Shown: positions 1 to 14,700 of the stretch, one piece after another
Layout of the letters: every line of letters starts with the position of its first letter
Numbering within the stretch: position 1 is the stretch's first letter
Source of the DNA: Eledone cirrhosa
Taxonomy: Eukaryota
DNA: 64,000 nt
Direction: 5' to 3'
Assembly: GCA_964016885.1 (NCBI GenBank)
Contig: CAXHJY010001051.1
Span: 62,001-126,000, forward strand
Notes under the pieces: model-generated
The model's input: only the letters and a program-made list of their open reading frames with translations
The model's database searches: none
Told to the model about the DNA's origin: nothing
Program-made: the position numbers and the translations under genes

Positions 1-54
1 ATGTATAGATAATGTAAGGCTGGGGGAGAGATTGTGAGAGGGGGAGAGATTAGT

Positions 55-740
55 AAAGTCTTTACCTCACATTTACATTACTCTATATTTACTATTGTAT
101 TTTCACAGTAAAGGCTTTACCTCACATAATATCTCACATAACATTTACATTACTCTATATATACTATTGTATTTTCGCAGTAAAGGCTTTACCTCACATA
201 ATATCTCACATAACATTGACATTACTCTATATATACTATTGTATTTTCACAGTAAAGTCTTTACCTCACATAATATCTCACATAACATTTACATTACTCT
301 ATATATACTATTGTATTTTCACAGTAAAGTCTTTACCTCACATAATATCTCACATAACATTTACATTACTCTATATATACTATTGTATTTTCACAGTAAA
401 GTCTTTACCTCACATAATATCTCACATAACAATTACATTACTCTATATAATGTGGTTGGTGTTAGGAAGGGCATCCAACCATAGAAAACCTGCCAGATAG
501 TCCTATACGAGTGTGACACGATCACCCGACCAATCTTACCTCAAATGGGACAATTCCTGTCTAACCCATGCTAGCGTGGAAGACAGACGTTAAACGATGA
601 TGATGATGATGATGATGATACTATTGTATTTTCACAGTAAAGGTTTACCTCACATAACATTTACATTACTCTATATATACTATTGTATTTTCACAGTAAA
701 GTCTTTACCTTACATAATTATCTCACATAATATCGAATCT
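55..740. repeat. 75-bp minisatellite, interrupted by a SINE tail
   Basis: Unit TTGTATTTTCACAGTAAAGGCTTTACCTCACATAATATCTCACATAACATTTACATTACTCTATATATACTA. Confidence 0.95.
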
Positions 741-1354
741 ATGAGATTTTGATATTATCTATTTTGAGAACAATACCTTAACATCAGTATGAGTGGACAG
801 TTACAGCCGGTTTGAACAGAAAGAGGTGAGAGAATTCTGGTCGGATATGGCCAGTTTAAATGCTAAAGGGGTTGATAAAATAAAATACCAGTAAAATACA
901 GAGTACCCGACCTCCCATGGGTACAAGCTGAAGCATATAGACAATATGCCCCCACACCCCCCACCTCAACGTGGTCGTGGAGGTGCGACGGCAAAAACAC
1001 ATCCAGCCCACACTGTAAAGTGGACGTGTAGGCGCCACGAAAAAGCACCCAGCACTCACTGTAAATGAGGTTGGTGTTAGGAAGGGCATCCAGCTGTAGA
1101 AATCAAGCCAAATCAGTTCCTGTATGAGCAAGGCATGGTCAGCCGACCGGACACTGCCCACGATAGGACAACCCGTCTAACCCATGCTAGCGTGGAAGAA
1201 CGGACGTAAAACGGTGATGATGATGATGATGAAGGATATCAACCAAATGAAGGACTAACTAGACAACAACAAGGTACCTCACATGTATTAATTCTTTATT
1301 CAGTTCCTTTCTTTCTTCCTTCCACCTTTCCTTCATTTCATATTTAGACTTCTG

Positions 1355-2075
1355 TTATTTCTGCTGTTGTTTTTAATGGTGGTGGTGCTATATTTAATGG
1401 TAGTGTTGATGTTTTTAATGGTAGTGGTGCTGGTGTTGCTTTTAATTGTGGTGGAGCGGTTGTTAATGGTACTGGTGCTGATTTTAATGGAGGTACTGGT
1501 GTTGTTTTTAGTGGAGGTGCTGGTGTTGTTTTTTAATGGTCGCAGTGTTGCAGCTGTCGTTTTTTGATGGTAGTGGTGCTGTTATTTTTAATGGCCGGTG
1601 AAGCAGTTTTTTTTTATTAATTGTGTTGTTACTGTTCTTTTTAATGGTGGTGTTGCTGTTGTTTTTAATTGTGGTGGTGGTGGTGGTGCTGCTGTTGTTT
1701 TTAATGGTGTTGCTGTTGTTTTTAATTGTGGTGGTGGTGTTGCTGTTGTTTTTAATGGTGGTGTTGCTGTTTTTAATTGTGGCGGTGCTGTTGTTTTTAA
1801 TTGTGGTGGTGGTGGTGCTGTTTTTAATGGTGGTGTTGCTGTTGTTTTTAATTGTGGTGTTGCTGTTTTTAATGGTGGTGTTGCTGTTGTTTTTAATTGT
1901 GGTGGTGGTGGTGCTGTTTTTAATGGTGGTGTTGCTGTTGTTTTTAATGGTGGTGTTGCTGTTGCTTTTAATTGTGGTGGTGGTGGTGGTGCTGTTGTTT
2001 TTAATGGTGGTGGTAGTGATGTTTTTAATGGCGTTTGTGTTGCTGTTGTTTTTAATGGTGTTTATACTGCTGTTG
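1355..2075. repeat. TTTTTAATGGTGGTGTTGCTG-type minisatellite in the predicted SPAG8 3' UTR
   Basis: Degenerate 21-30-bp units. Confidence 0.85.
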
Positions 2076-2113
2076 TTGCCACCACTGCAGCTGCCTCGTA
2101 TGAGCTAAGTGTT

Positions 2114-2230
2114 CTAAGTCAAGCGCCTCATCTCATAAGGCTGCTGTTTGTCCAGGGTCTCCGTCTCGGGCGTAGTGAAGGCGTCGTTCTTGTGGAAGAC
2201 AGCATTTTGTGATGTCACCATGCTGACTCC
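2114..2230 (-). CDS. SPAG8: SPAG8-like exon 6 (GVSMVTSQNAVFHKNDAFTTP...RRLT*)
   Basis: Long pyrimidine tract + CACAG, TAG at 2116-2114; AATAAA on minus strand near 1295-1300. Confidence 0.88.
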   Translation of the reverse strand, partial: GVSMVTSQNAVFHKNDAFTTPETETLDKQQPYEMRRLT

Positions 2231-2700
2231 CTGTGAAAGAAAGAAAGCGAGAGAGAAAGAGAGACAGAAAGAGAGAGTGAATGAAGAGTAACAAAGATGC
2301 TGAGAGAGCTATGTCCTTCGTCATCACCAACATCATCATCATGATCATCATATTTATCATCATCACCATCATCATCTTTATCATCATCATTATCAACACC
2401 ACCACCATCATCATTATCGTCAACATATCACCACCATCACCACCACCACCACATCATCATAGTAGTCATTTTTTACGTTCATTTTTTTCAAAGCTGGCAT
2501 GGGTTGGATAAGATGTTTTGAGGCAATGTCTCCCAGCCAGATGTCGTTCCTGGCACCAAACCTTTTAGTCTCCCCTCTTACAACACAGGTATACATTGTA
2601 CCTTTTTTTCCAATTGCAGCCTGATGTGTGTGTGTGTTTGTATGTGTGTGTGTATGTGAGATTATGTGTGCGTGTGTTTGTGCGAGAGTATGTGTGAGTC

Positions 2701-2799
<99 letters not shown>

Positions 2800-5700
2800 C
2801 TGTGTATATATGTCTGTGTGTATGTCTGTGTATGTATGTATGTATGTATGTATGTATGTCTGTCTGTGTATATATGTCTGTGTATGTATGTATATCTGTG
2901 TATGTATGTATGTCTGTGTATATCTGTGTATATATGTCTGTATGTCTGTATATGTGTGTATGTAAGTATATCTGTGTGTATGTAAGTATATCTGTGTGTA
3001 TGTAAGTATATCTGTGTGTATGTAAGTATATCTGTGTGTATGTAAGTATATCTGTGTATGTTAGTATATCTGTGTATGTTAGTATATCTCTGTATGTCTG
3101 TGTATATATGTATGTCTGTATGTATGTATATCTGTGTATGTATGTATGTCTGTGTATATATATTTGTGTGATTGTGTGTGACTGTGTACATCTGTGTGTC
3201 TGTGTATGTATGTTAGTATGTCTGTGTATATCTGTGTGTGTCTGTGTCAACAGATAGGTCTTTATCGTAGACCAATGTGTTCATTAAATACGTTCCAACT
3301 TTCAAGGGGGATAACTCGCAACAAATTAATTTAGGTTATTTCCCTTGGCGATCACTAGATATGTTTACTGTATTCTTATCTCAAACCAGTGCAAACAATA
3401 TCTAGATAAAAAGGGGGGGGGGGGGGGGGGGGGGGAGATTGTCTGACCACTTCCTCTTCGACCCGGTCACCGTCGAGACCTCAGGCGTACTTGCACCCCG
3501 TACTGTGCCGAGCTCCTCCACAAGATCGGATCGTCGGCGGTCCATCTGAGGAAGGTGCCCCCACATGATAGGGTGGATGTTGCAGTGGGTGTCGCTGGCC
3601 GTCTGAGGAAGGAGCCCCCACAAGGTAAGGTGGCTATTGCAGCAGGTGTTGCTGGCCATTGTCCGCAGGAATGCTTTTGCGGTCTTGTCCACGGGTCACA
3701 GCACAGCTCCATTACCGCCGTGTCCTAGGCTCAGAGCCCAACCACCCTCCCACTTACCCCACCCATTCCTCTGTGACACTAGAGCCCTCACCTTTCCCTT
3801 TTTTCCCTTTTTTTTTTAAACATTTTCGTAAACATTCCATTCTTTCTTCTCAATTTAAATTTTCTTTATTTTTTTAAAATCAAATTATGTCAATTAAAAA
3901 GAGGTTAGTAGTAATTAATTACTGTATTTCCCGGCACCGAAGACACTTTGTCCTCGAGGATGCACCCTAATTTTGACAACCAAAAATTTGAAAAACAAAT
4001 AATAAACAACCTTTGGCCTCCAGGAAGCATGGTAGATTTTTTAGACTAATTTTAGTGAAAAAGTAGCGTCTTCGACGCCAGAAAATACTGTGAGTCTTTG
4101 GTTGCTGGAAAAGAGAGACATTTTACAAATAAAAGAAACAGGAAGACTTACATGGATTTTGCCGGCATGTTCTGTCCAGTAAGAGACTGGCTGCTCAGTG
4201 CGAAAATTATGAGGCTGGAAAAAAGAAAGAAAAAAAAAACATGAAAAAATATAGATTACAGCTATATAAAATTATCTCGCATAACATTTACATTACTCTA
4301 TATATGCTATTGTATTTTCACAGTAAAGGCTTTACCTCACAACATTTACATTACTCTATATATGCTATTGTATTTTCACAGTAAAGGCTTTACCTCACAT
4401 AATATCTCACATAACATTTACATTACTCTATATATATTATTGTATTTTCACAGTAAAGGCTTTACCTCACATAATATCTCACATAACATTTACATTACTC
4501 TATATATATTATTGTATTTTCACAGTAAAGGCTTTACCTCACATAATATCTCACATAACATTTACATTACTCTATATATGCTATTGTATTTTCACAGTAA
4601 AGGCTTTACCTCACATAATATCTCACATAACATTTACATTACTCTATATATACTATTGTATTTTCACAGTAAAGGCTTTACCTACATAACATTTACATTA
4701 CTCTATATATATTATTGTATTTTCACAGTAAAGGCTTTACCTCACATAATATCTCACATAACATTTACATTACTCTATATATATTATTGTATTTTCACAG
4801 TAAAGGCTTTACCTCACATAATATCTCACATAACATTTACATTACTCTATATATGCTATTGTATTTTCACAGTAAAGGCTTTACCTCACATAATATCTCA
4901 CATAACATTTACATTACTCTATATATACTATTGTATTTTCACAGTAAAGGCTTTACCTACATAACATTTACATTACTCTATATATATTATTGTATTTTCA
5001 CAGTAAAGGCTTTACCTCACATAATATCTCACATAACATTTACATTACTCTATATATACTATTGTATTTTCACAGTAAAGGCTTTACCTACATATCTCAC
5101 ATAACATTTACATTACTCTATATATATTATTGTATTTTCACAGTAAAGGCTTTACCTACATAACATTTACATTACTCTATATATATTATTGTATTTTCAC
5201 AGTAAAGGCTTTACCTACATAACATTTACATTACTCTATATATATTATTGTATTTTCACAGTAAAGGCTTTACCTCACATAATATCGAATCTATGAGATT
5301 TTGATATTATGTATTTTGAGAACAATACATTAACATCAGTATGAGTGGCCGGTTACAGCTGGTTTAAACAGAGAGAGGTAACAGAATTCTGGCCGGATAT
5401 GGCCAGTTTAAATGCTAAAGGGTTAAACAATTGATAAACAGGTCAATCAGTAAAAACATCCACCAACATGGGTGAGGAAGCTTCCAGTGAGCAGCAACAA
5501 CAACAATAGCAGCAGCAACAACAGCAGCAACAACAACAAGCCGTCGGGTCTTAACTTACCTGGGTAGGTTTGGGTAGTGCCGAGGTAAAATCTTTGTGGA
5601 AAAAGTCTTTGGTTGTGCTGATATATTCCGCTGGGTAAGGTTTAGGTTCCATTTTATCCATTACCTCAGCACTGTAACAACAACAACAACAACAATTACC

Positions 5701-8700
5701 TCATCTATATAAAAACAACAACAACCTCAGCTATGTAACAACAACAACAACAACTACCTCAGCTATGTAACAACAACAACTACCTCAGATATGTAACAAC
5801 AACAACAACAACCTCAGCTATGTAACAACAACAATTACCTCAGCTATGTAACAACAACAACCTCAGCTATGTAACAACAACAACTACCTCAGCTATGTAA
5901 CAACAACAACAACAACCTCAGCTATGTAACAACAACAACCTCAGCTATGTAACAACAACAACAACCTCATTAATGTAACAACAACAACAACAACCTCAGC
6001 TATGTAACAACAACAACAACTACCTCAGCTATGTAACAACAACAACAACAACAACGTCAGCTATGTAACAACAACAACAACAACAACCTCAGCTATGTAA
6101 CAACAACAACAACCTCAGCTATGTAACAACAACAACAACTACCTCAGCTATGTAACAACAACAACAACTACCTCAGCTATGTAACAACAACAACAACAAC
6201 AACCTCAGCTATGTAACAACAACAACCTCAGCTATGTAACAACAACAACAACAACCTCAGCTGTGTAACAACAACAACAATTACCTCAGCTATGTAACAA
6301 CAACAACAATTACCTCAGCTATATAACAACAACAACAATTACCTCAGCTATATAACAACAACAACAATTACCTCAGCTATGTAACAACAACAATTACCTC
6401 AGCTATGTAACAACAACAACAATTACCTCAGCTATATAACAACAACAACAACAACTACCTCAGCTATATAACAACAACAACTACCTCAGCTATATAACAA
6501 CAACAACAACAATTACCTCAGCTATATAACAACAACAACTACCTCAGCTATATAACAACAACAACAACAATTACCTCAGCTATATGACAACAACAACAAC
6601 AATTACCTCAGCTATGTAACAACAACAATTACCTCAGCTATATAACAACAACAACAACAACAACCTCAGCTATATAACAACAACAACAATTACCTCAGCT
6701 ATATAACAACAACAACAACTACATCAGCTATATAACAACAACAACAATTACCTCAGCTACATAACAACAACAACAACAACAACTACCTCAGCTATATAAC
6801 AACAACAACAACAATAACCTCAGCTATGTAACAACAACAACAACAATTACCTCAGCTATATAACAACAACAACAACAATTACCTCAGCTATGTAACAACA
6901 ACAACAACAATTACCTCAGCTATATAACAACAACAACAATTACCTCAGCTATGTAACAACAACAACAACAACTACCTCAGCTATATAACAACAACAACAA
7001 CTACCTCAGCTATATAACAACAACAACAACTACCTCAGCTATATAACAACAACAACAACAATTACCTCAGCTATATAACAACAACAACTACCTCAGCTAT
7101 ATAACAACAACAACAACAACAACTACCTCAGCTATATAACAACAACAACAACAACTACCTCAGCTATATAACAACAACAACAACAACAACTACCTCAGCT
7201 ATATAACAACAACAATTACCTCAGCTATATAACAACAACAACAACAATTACCTCAGCTATGTAACAACAACAACAACAATTACCTCAGCTATATAACAAC
7301 AACAATTACCTCAGCTATGTAACAACAACAACAACTACCTCAGCTATATAACAACAACAACAACAATTACCTCAGCTATATAACAACAACAACAACTACC
7401 TCAGCTATATAACAACAACAACAACAACTACCTCAGCTATATAACAACAACAACAACAACTACCTCAGCTATATAACAACAACAACAACAACTACCTCAG
7501 CTATATAACAACAACAACAATTACCTCAGCTATGTAACAACAACAACAACAACCTCAGCTATGTAACAACAACAACAACAACAACCTCAGGTATGTAACA
7601 ACAACAACAACCTCAGCTATGTAACAACAACAACAACAACAATTACCTCAGCTATATAACAACAACAACAACCTTAGCTATATAACAACAACAACAACTA
7701 CCTCAGCTATGTAACAACAACAACAACAACCTCAGATATGTAACAACAACAACAACCTCAGCTATGTAACAACAACAACAACAATTACCTCAGCTATGTA
7801 ACAACAACAACTACCTCATCTATGTAACAACAACAACCTCAGCTATGTAACAACAACAACCTCAGCTATATAACAACAACAACAACAATTACCTCAGCTA
7901 TATAACAACAACAACCTCAGCTATGTAACAACAACAACTTCAGCTATGTAACAACAACAACAACCTCAGCTATGTAACAACAACAACAACAACCTCATCT
8001 ATGTAACAACAACAACAACAATTACCTCAGCTATGTAACAACAACAACCTCAGCTATGTAACAACAACAACAACAATTACCTCAGCTATGTAACAACAAC
8101 AACAACAACCTCAGCTATGTAACAACAACAACAACAATTACCTCAGCTATGTAACAACAACAACCTCAGCTATGTAACAACAACTTCAGCTATGTAACAA
8201 CAACAACCTCAGCTATGTAACAACAACAACAACCTCAGCTATGTAACAACAACAACCTCAGCTATGTAACAACAACAATTACCTCAGCTATGTAACAACA
8301 ACAACCTCAGCTATGTAACAACAACAACAACAACCTCAGTTATGTAACAACAACAACAACATTACCTCAGCTATGTAACAACAACACCCTCAGCTATGTA
8401 ACAACAACAACAACAACAACAACCTCAGCTATATAACAACAACAACAACAACCTCAGCTATGTAACAACAACAACAACAACCTCAGCTATGTAACAACAA
8501 CAACAACAACTACCTCAGCTATGTAACAACAACAACAACAACCTCAGCTATGTAACAACAACAACAACCTCAGCTATGTAACAACAACAACAACTACCTC
8601 AGCTATGTAACAACAACAACAACCTCAGCTATGTAACAACAACAACCTCAGCTATGTAACAACAACAACCTCAGCTATGTAACAACAACAACAACAACCT

Positions 8701-11700
8701 CAGCTATATAACAACAACAACATTACCTCACTAAAATATAACAACAACAACAACAACAACCTCAGCTATGTAACAACAACAACATTACCTCAGCTATATA
8801 ACAAAAACAACAACAACAACCTCAGCTATGTAACAACAACAACAACAACAACCTCAGCTATGTAACAACAACAACAACAACCTCAGCTATATAACAACAA
8901 CAACATTACCTCACTAAAATATAACAACAACAACAACAACAACCTCAGCTATGTAACAACAACAACATTACCTCAGCTATATAACAAAAACAACAACAAC
9001 AACCTCAGCTATGTAACAACAACAACAACAACAACCTCAGCTATGTAACAACAACAACATTACCTCAGCTATGTAACAACAACAACCTCAGCTATGTAAC
9101 AACAACAACAACAACCTCAGCTATGTAACAACAACAGCAACAACCTCAATAATATATAACAACAACAACAATTACCTCTGCTATGTAACAACAACAACAA
9201 CAACCTCAGCTATATAACAACAACAATTACCTCAGCTATGTAACAACAACAACAACATTACCTCAGCTATGTAACAACAACAACAACAACTCAGCTATGT
9301 AACAACAACAACATTACCTCAGCTATATAACAACAACTACCTCAGCTATGTAACAACAACAACAACATTACCTCAGCCTTGTAACAACAACAACAACAAT
9401 TACCTCAGCTATATAACAACAACAACAACATTACCTCAGCTATGTAACAACAACAACAACAACAATTACCTCAGCTATATAACAACAACAACAACATTAC
9501 CTCAGCTATGTAACAACAACAACAACAATTACCTCAACTATGTAACAACAACAACAACAATTACCTCAGCTATGTAACAACAACAACACCTCAGCTATGT
9601 AACAACAACAACATTACCTCAGCTATATAACAACAACTACCTCAGCTATGTAACAACAACAACAACAACAATTACCTCAGCTATGTAACAACAACAACAC
9701 TACCTCAGCTATGTAACAACAACAACAACAATTACCTCAGCTATATAACAACAACATTACCTCAGCTATGTAACAACAACAACAACAATTACCTCAGCTA
9801 TGTAACAACAACAACAACAATTACCTCAGCTATATAACAACAACAACAACATAACCTCAGCTATGTAACAACAACAACAACAATTACCTCAACTATGTAA
9901 CAACAACAACAACAATTACCTCAGCTATGTAACAACAACAACAACACCTCAGCTATGTAACAACAACAACATTACCTCAGCTATATAACAACAACTACCT
10001 CAGCTATGTAACAACAACAACAACAACAATTACCTCAGCTATGTAACAACAACAACAACAATTACCTCAGCTATATAACAACAACATTACCTCAGCTATG
10101 TAACAACAACAACAACAATTACCTCAGCTATGTAACAACAACAACAACAATTACCTCAGCTATATAACAACAACAACAACTACCTCAGCTATATAACAAC
10201 AACAACAATTACCTCAGCTATGTAACAACAACAACAATTACCTCAGCTATGTAACAACAACAACAACAATTACCTCAGCTATATAACAACAACTACTTCA
10301 GCTATATAACAACAACAACAACAATTACCTCAGCTATATAACAACAACAACAACAATTACCTCAATAATGTAACAACAACAACCTCAATAATGTAACAAC
10401 AACAACAACAACAACCTCAGCTATATAACAACAACAACAACAACATAACCTCAGCTATGTAACAACAACAACAACAATTACCTCAACTATGTAACAACAA
10501 CAACAACAATTACCTCAGCTATGTAACAACAACAACAACAACAACACCTCAGCTATGTAACAACAACAACATTACCTCAGCTATATAACAACAACTACCT
10601 CAGCTATGTAACAACAACAACAACCTCAGCTATATAACAACAACATTACCTCAGCTATGTAACAACAACAACAACAATTACCTCAGCTATGTAACAACAA
10701 CAACAACAATTACCTCAGCTATATAACAACAAGAACCTCAGCTATATAACAACAACAACAATTACCTCAGCTATGTAACAACAACAACAATTACCTCAGC
10801 TATGTAACAACAACAACAACAATTACCTCAGCTATATAACAACAACTACTTCAGCTATATAACAACAACAACCTCAGCTATATAACAACAACAACAACAA
10901 TTACCTCAATAATGTAACAACAACAACAACCTCAATAATGTAACAACAACAACAACAACCTCAGCTATATAACAACAACAACAATTACCTCAAATATGTA
11001 ACAACAACAACAACAATTACCTCAGCTATATAACAACAACAACCTCAGCCATGTAACAACAACAACAACAACAACCTCAGCTATATAACAACAACAATTA
11101 CCTCAGCTATATAACAACAACAACAACTACCTCATATATAACAACAACAACAATTACCTCAGCTATGTAACAACAACAAAAACAACAATTACCTCACTAT
11201 GTAACAACAACAACAACCACAACCTCACTATGTAATAACAACAACAACCGCAACAACAATAAGGGTTTCAACTGTAGGCACAAGGCCAGAAATTTTTTGG
11301 GGGGGAGGGAGGGGACGATTAAATCGAACCCTGTGTATTACTGGTAATTTATTTTATCGACCCAGTAAAGATGAAAGGCAAAGTTAACCTCAGCAGGATT
11401 TGAACTCAGACCGTAAAGGGACCTAACTCAATGCTGCAAAGCATGGCGTCCGACCCTCTACCGATTCTGCCAAAGAACCGCCCTGACAACAACAATTCTT
11501 GTTATTAACAACAACAACAACAGCAGCAGCAGCGACAACAGCAACAACAACGACAACAATAACAACAACAAGAGCAGCAGCAAAAACAACTACGACACCA
11601 ATGACAACAAAAACAACAACAACGACGACACCAATGACAACATCAACAACAACAACAAAAACAACGCCAACAACAACAGCAACGACACCAATAACCACAG

Positions 11701-14700
11701 CAACAACAAACTAAAATCTCAATAGAAAGCCCCACTGTAATGAAATGACTTGATCCCGATCATCATCATCACCATTTTACGTATGTTCTTCCACGCTAGC
11801 ATGGGTTGGACGGGTTGTCCTGTTGTGGGCAGTGTCCAGTCGGCTGACCCTGTCTTGCTCATACGGGAACTGATTCTGGCTTGATTTCTACAGCTGGATG
11901 CCCTTCCTAACACCAACCTCATTTACAGTGAGTGCTGGGTGCTTTCTTGCCGTGGCACTTCCACGTCCACTTTGCAGTGGGAGGGTGTGGGGGCATATTG
12001 TCTATATGCTTCAGCTTCGGCTTGTTCTATGGGGGGCGGGTCTTCTATATTACTGCGTGACGCCAGAGGTCACGGTCGTGTGTCATTGCTCTTGAGAGGT
12101 GCAATTATAGAGAGATTTATATTTTAACAACTTACTATGTTTTTTCTAACAACATCCTTTCAAGTAGGGTTTGCTTCATACCTACAAAATATATAACCAT
12201 CATCATCATCATCATATATATATATATATATATACAGAGGATATGCAACGTCTGGAGAGAAATGAAGCAAGCATGCTCTGTCAGATGTGCAATGTCAATG
12301 TACGTGAACGACCAAGAATGGATGAGTTGAGAGAGAAACTGGGTATAAGAGGGATAAGTTGTGGTGTGCGGGCGAGAAGACTGTGATGGTATGGACATGT
12401 GATGCGCATGGAAGATGAACGGTGGGTAAAGAAGTGCCAAGAAATCCCAGTAGAAGGAAAACACAGTAAAGGAAGACCACGAAAAAAATGGGCGGAGATG
12501 GTGAGAGCAGACCTCAGATTGCTGAAACTCACCGAGGAGATGACAAAGGACCGTGACAAGTGGAGAGATGCTGTGCTGAATAGGACCCGTCCCACCCACG
12601 GCAAAAAAGCACCCAGCCCACACTGTAAAGTGGACGTGTAGGCGCCACGGAAAAAAAAGCACCCAGCACTCACTGTAAATGAGGTTGGTGTTAGGAAGGG
12701 CATCCAGCTGTAGAGATGTAGCCAGAATCAGTTCCCGTATGAGAAAGACAGAGTCAACCGACCGGACACTGCCCACAACAGGACAACCCGTCTAACCCAT
12801 GTTAGCATGGAAGAACAGATGTAAAACGGTGATGATGATGATGATACGATATAAATATTCATATATGCATATAAATATATATAAATATGTAGACATATCA
12901 ATACACATTATAAATACACATTGCCAAATAAGTAAACTATGGAAATATAAAAGATACAAAAGCGAAAACCAACCAAACAGTGAGTGTGTTCTGCTATTAT
13001 TTCTGGCAATATTATTACAGCAATATGACCCTCCCCAAGTATATATCATCATCATCATTTAACGTCCATATTCCACGCTTGCATGGGTTTGGACGGGAGT
13101 TTTCCCACTTGAGGCAAGGGTGGTTGTCTTGCTCGCATAGGACTGTCTAGCGGGTTTTCTACGGCTGGATGCCCTTCCTAACACCAACCACGTTTACAGA
13201 GTGGAACTGGGAGGTTTTTACCGTGTTACCTACACGGCCACATTACACCGTGGACTGTGTGTTTTTTTGTTGTGACACCTACACGACCTCATTTATTTAG
13301 GACTGGATGTTGTGGTACCAACATAACTTTACATTGAAAGGGGTGGTGTGGATAGGGTGGGGGTAGTGGGATAAATATATATATATTTAATTACATAATA
13401 AACAACACAATATAATTATTCCATTACCAAAGGTTTCAAGAAATTAGACAGATAAAATAATTCTCAGATAAGATAATTATGTTAATTATTTCATCTGATG
13501 AACAGGCTAGATGTTTCTGTAAAGATTGTTTAGTTTCTTGAAACTTTTGGTAATGGAATAATTATATTGTGTTGTTTATTATTAATTAAATAGCTCTGTA
13601 CATGGCTTAGTGGTTACAGCATTGGCCTTGCAATCGAAAGTTTGTGAGTTCAATTCTCAGACCGGATGATGTGTTGTTTCCTTGAGCAAGACACTTTATT
13701 TCACATTGCTCCAGTTTACTCAGCTGTAGAAATGAGATGATAGGGACTGGGGTCCCTATCATTCCACTGCAAAGTGGTCGTGGAGGTGCCATGGCAAAAA
13801 AGCACCCAGCACTCACTGTAAATGGGGTTGGTGTTAGGAAGAGCATCCAGCTGTAGAAATCAAGCCGTAATCAGTTCCCGTCCCACCCTTGCAAGCAGGG
13901 AAAAGCGGACGTAAAATGATGATGAAGGGTGGGACGGGAACTGATTCCGGCTTGATTTCTACAGCTGGATGCCCTTCCTAACACCAACCTCATTTACAGT
14001 GAGTGCTGGGTGCTTTTTTGCCATCATTTCTACAGCTGAGTAAACTGGAGATATGTGAAATAAAGTGTCTTGCTCAAGGAAACAACACATCACCCGGTCT
14101 GAGAATTGAACTCACAACCTCTCGATTGCAAGGCCAATACTCTAACCACTAAGCCATGTGCCTCCATATATATATGTCTGTGTGTGTGTGTGTGTGTGTG
14201 TCCGTGTGTAATAAGTATTTCTATAGAAAAAGTAAAGGAAAGATGAATGTGTGTGTATAAGAGGGATAGAATGTAGTGTGCGGGAGAGGAGACTGCGATG
14301 GTATGGACATGTGATGCGCATGGAGGATGACTGAGGGGTGAAAAAGTGCCAAGAAATTCCAGTAGAAAGAAGACGCAGTAGAGGTAGACCACGAAAAACA
14401 TGGGCGGAGGTGGTGAGAGCAGACCTCAGATGGCTGAAACTCACAGAGGAGATGACGAAGGACCATGACAAGCGGAGAGATGCTGTGCTGAATAGGACCC
14501 ATCCCACCCTTGCAAGCAGGGAAAAGCGGATGTAAAATGATGATAATGATGATGATGATGATGATATACAGACAGATAGGTAGTGAGACAACTAAGATAT
14601 TTACCCTGTGTTTTTATCTGGGGAATGACGGGTCGTTTGTAGGAGGCATTGAAAGTGGTGGTCTTAGAGCAGTGAGCAGTCCTGTCCAAGGTAAGAATAC

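Noticed and set aside
1278-1352. Possible extra minus-strand exon (KSKYEMKERWKEERKELNKELIHV) ending at GAG|GTAC
   Set aside because: No pyrimidine-tract acceptor, lies after the SPAG8 stop and contains the likely AATAAA.
5660-11240. Resemblance of constant unit + variable spacer to a CRISPR array
   Set aside because: Spacers are only (CAA)n length variants, there are no cas genes, and the context is a eukaryotic intron.
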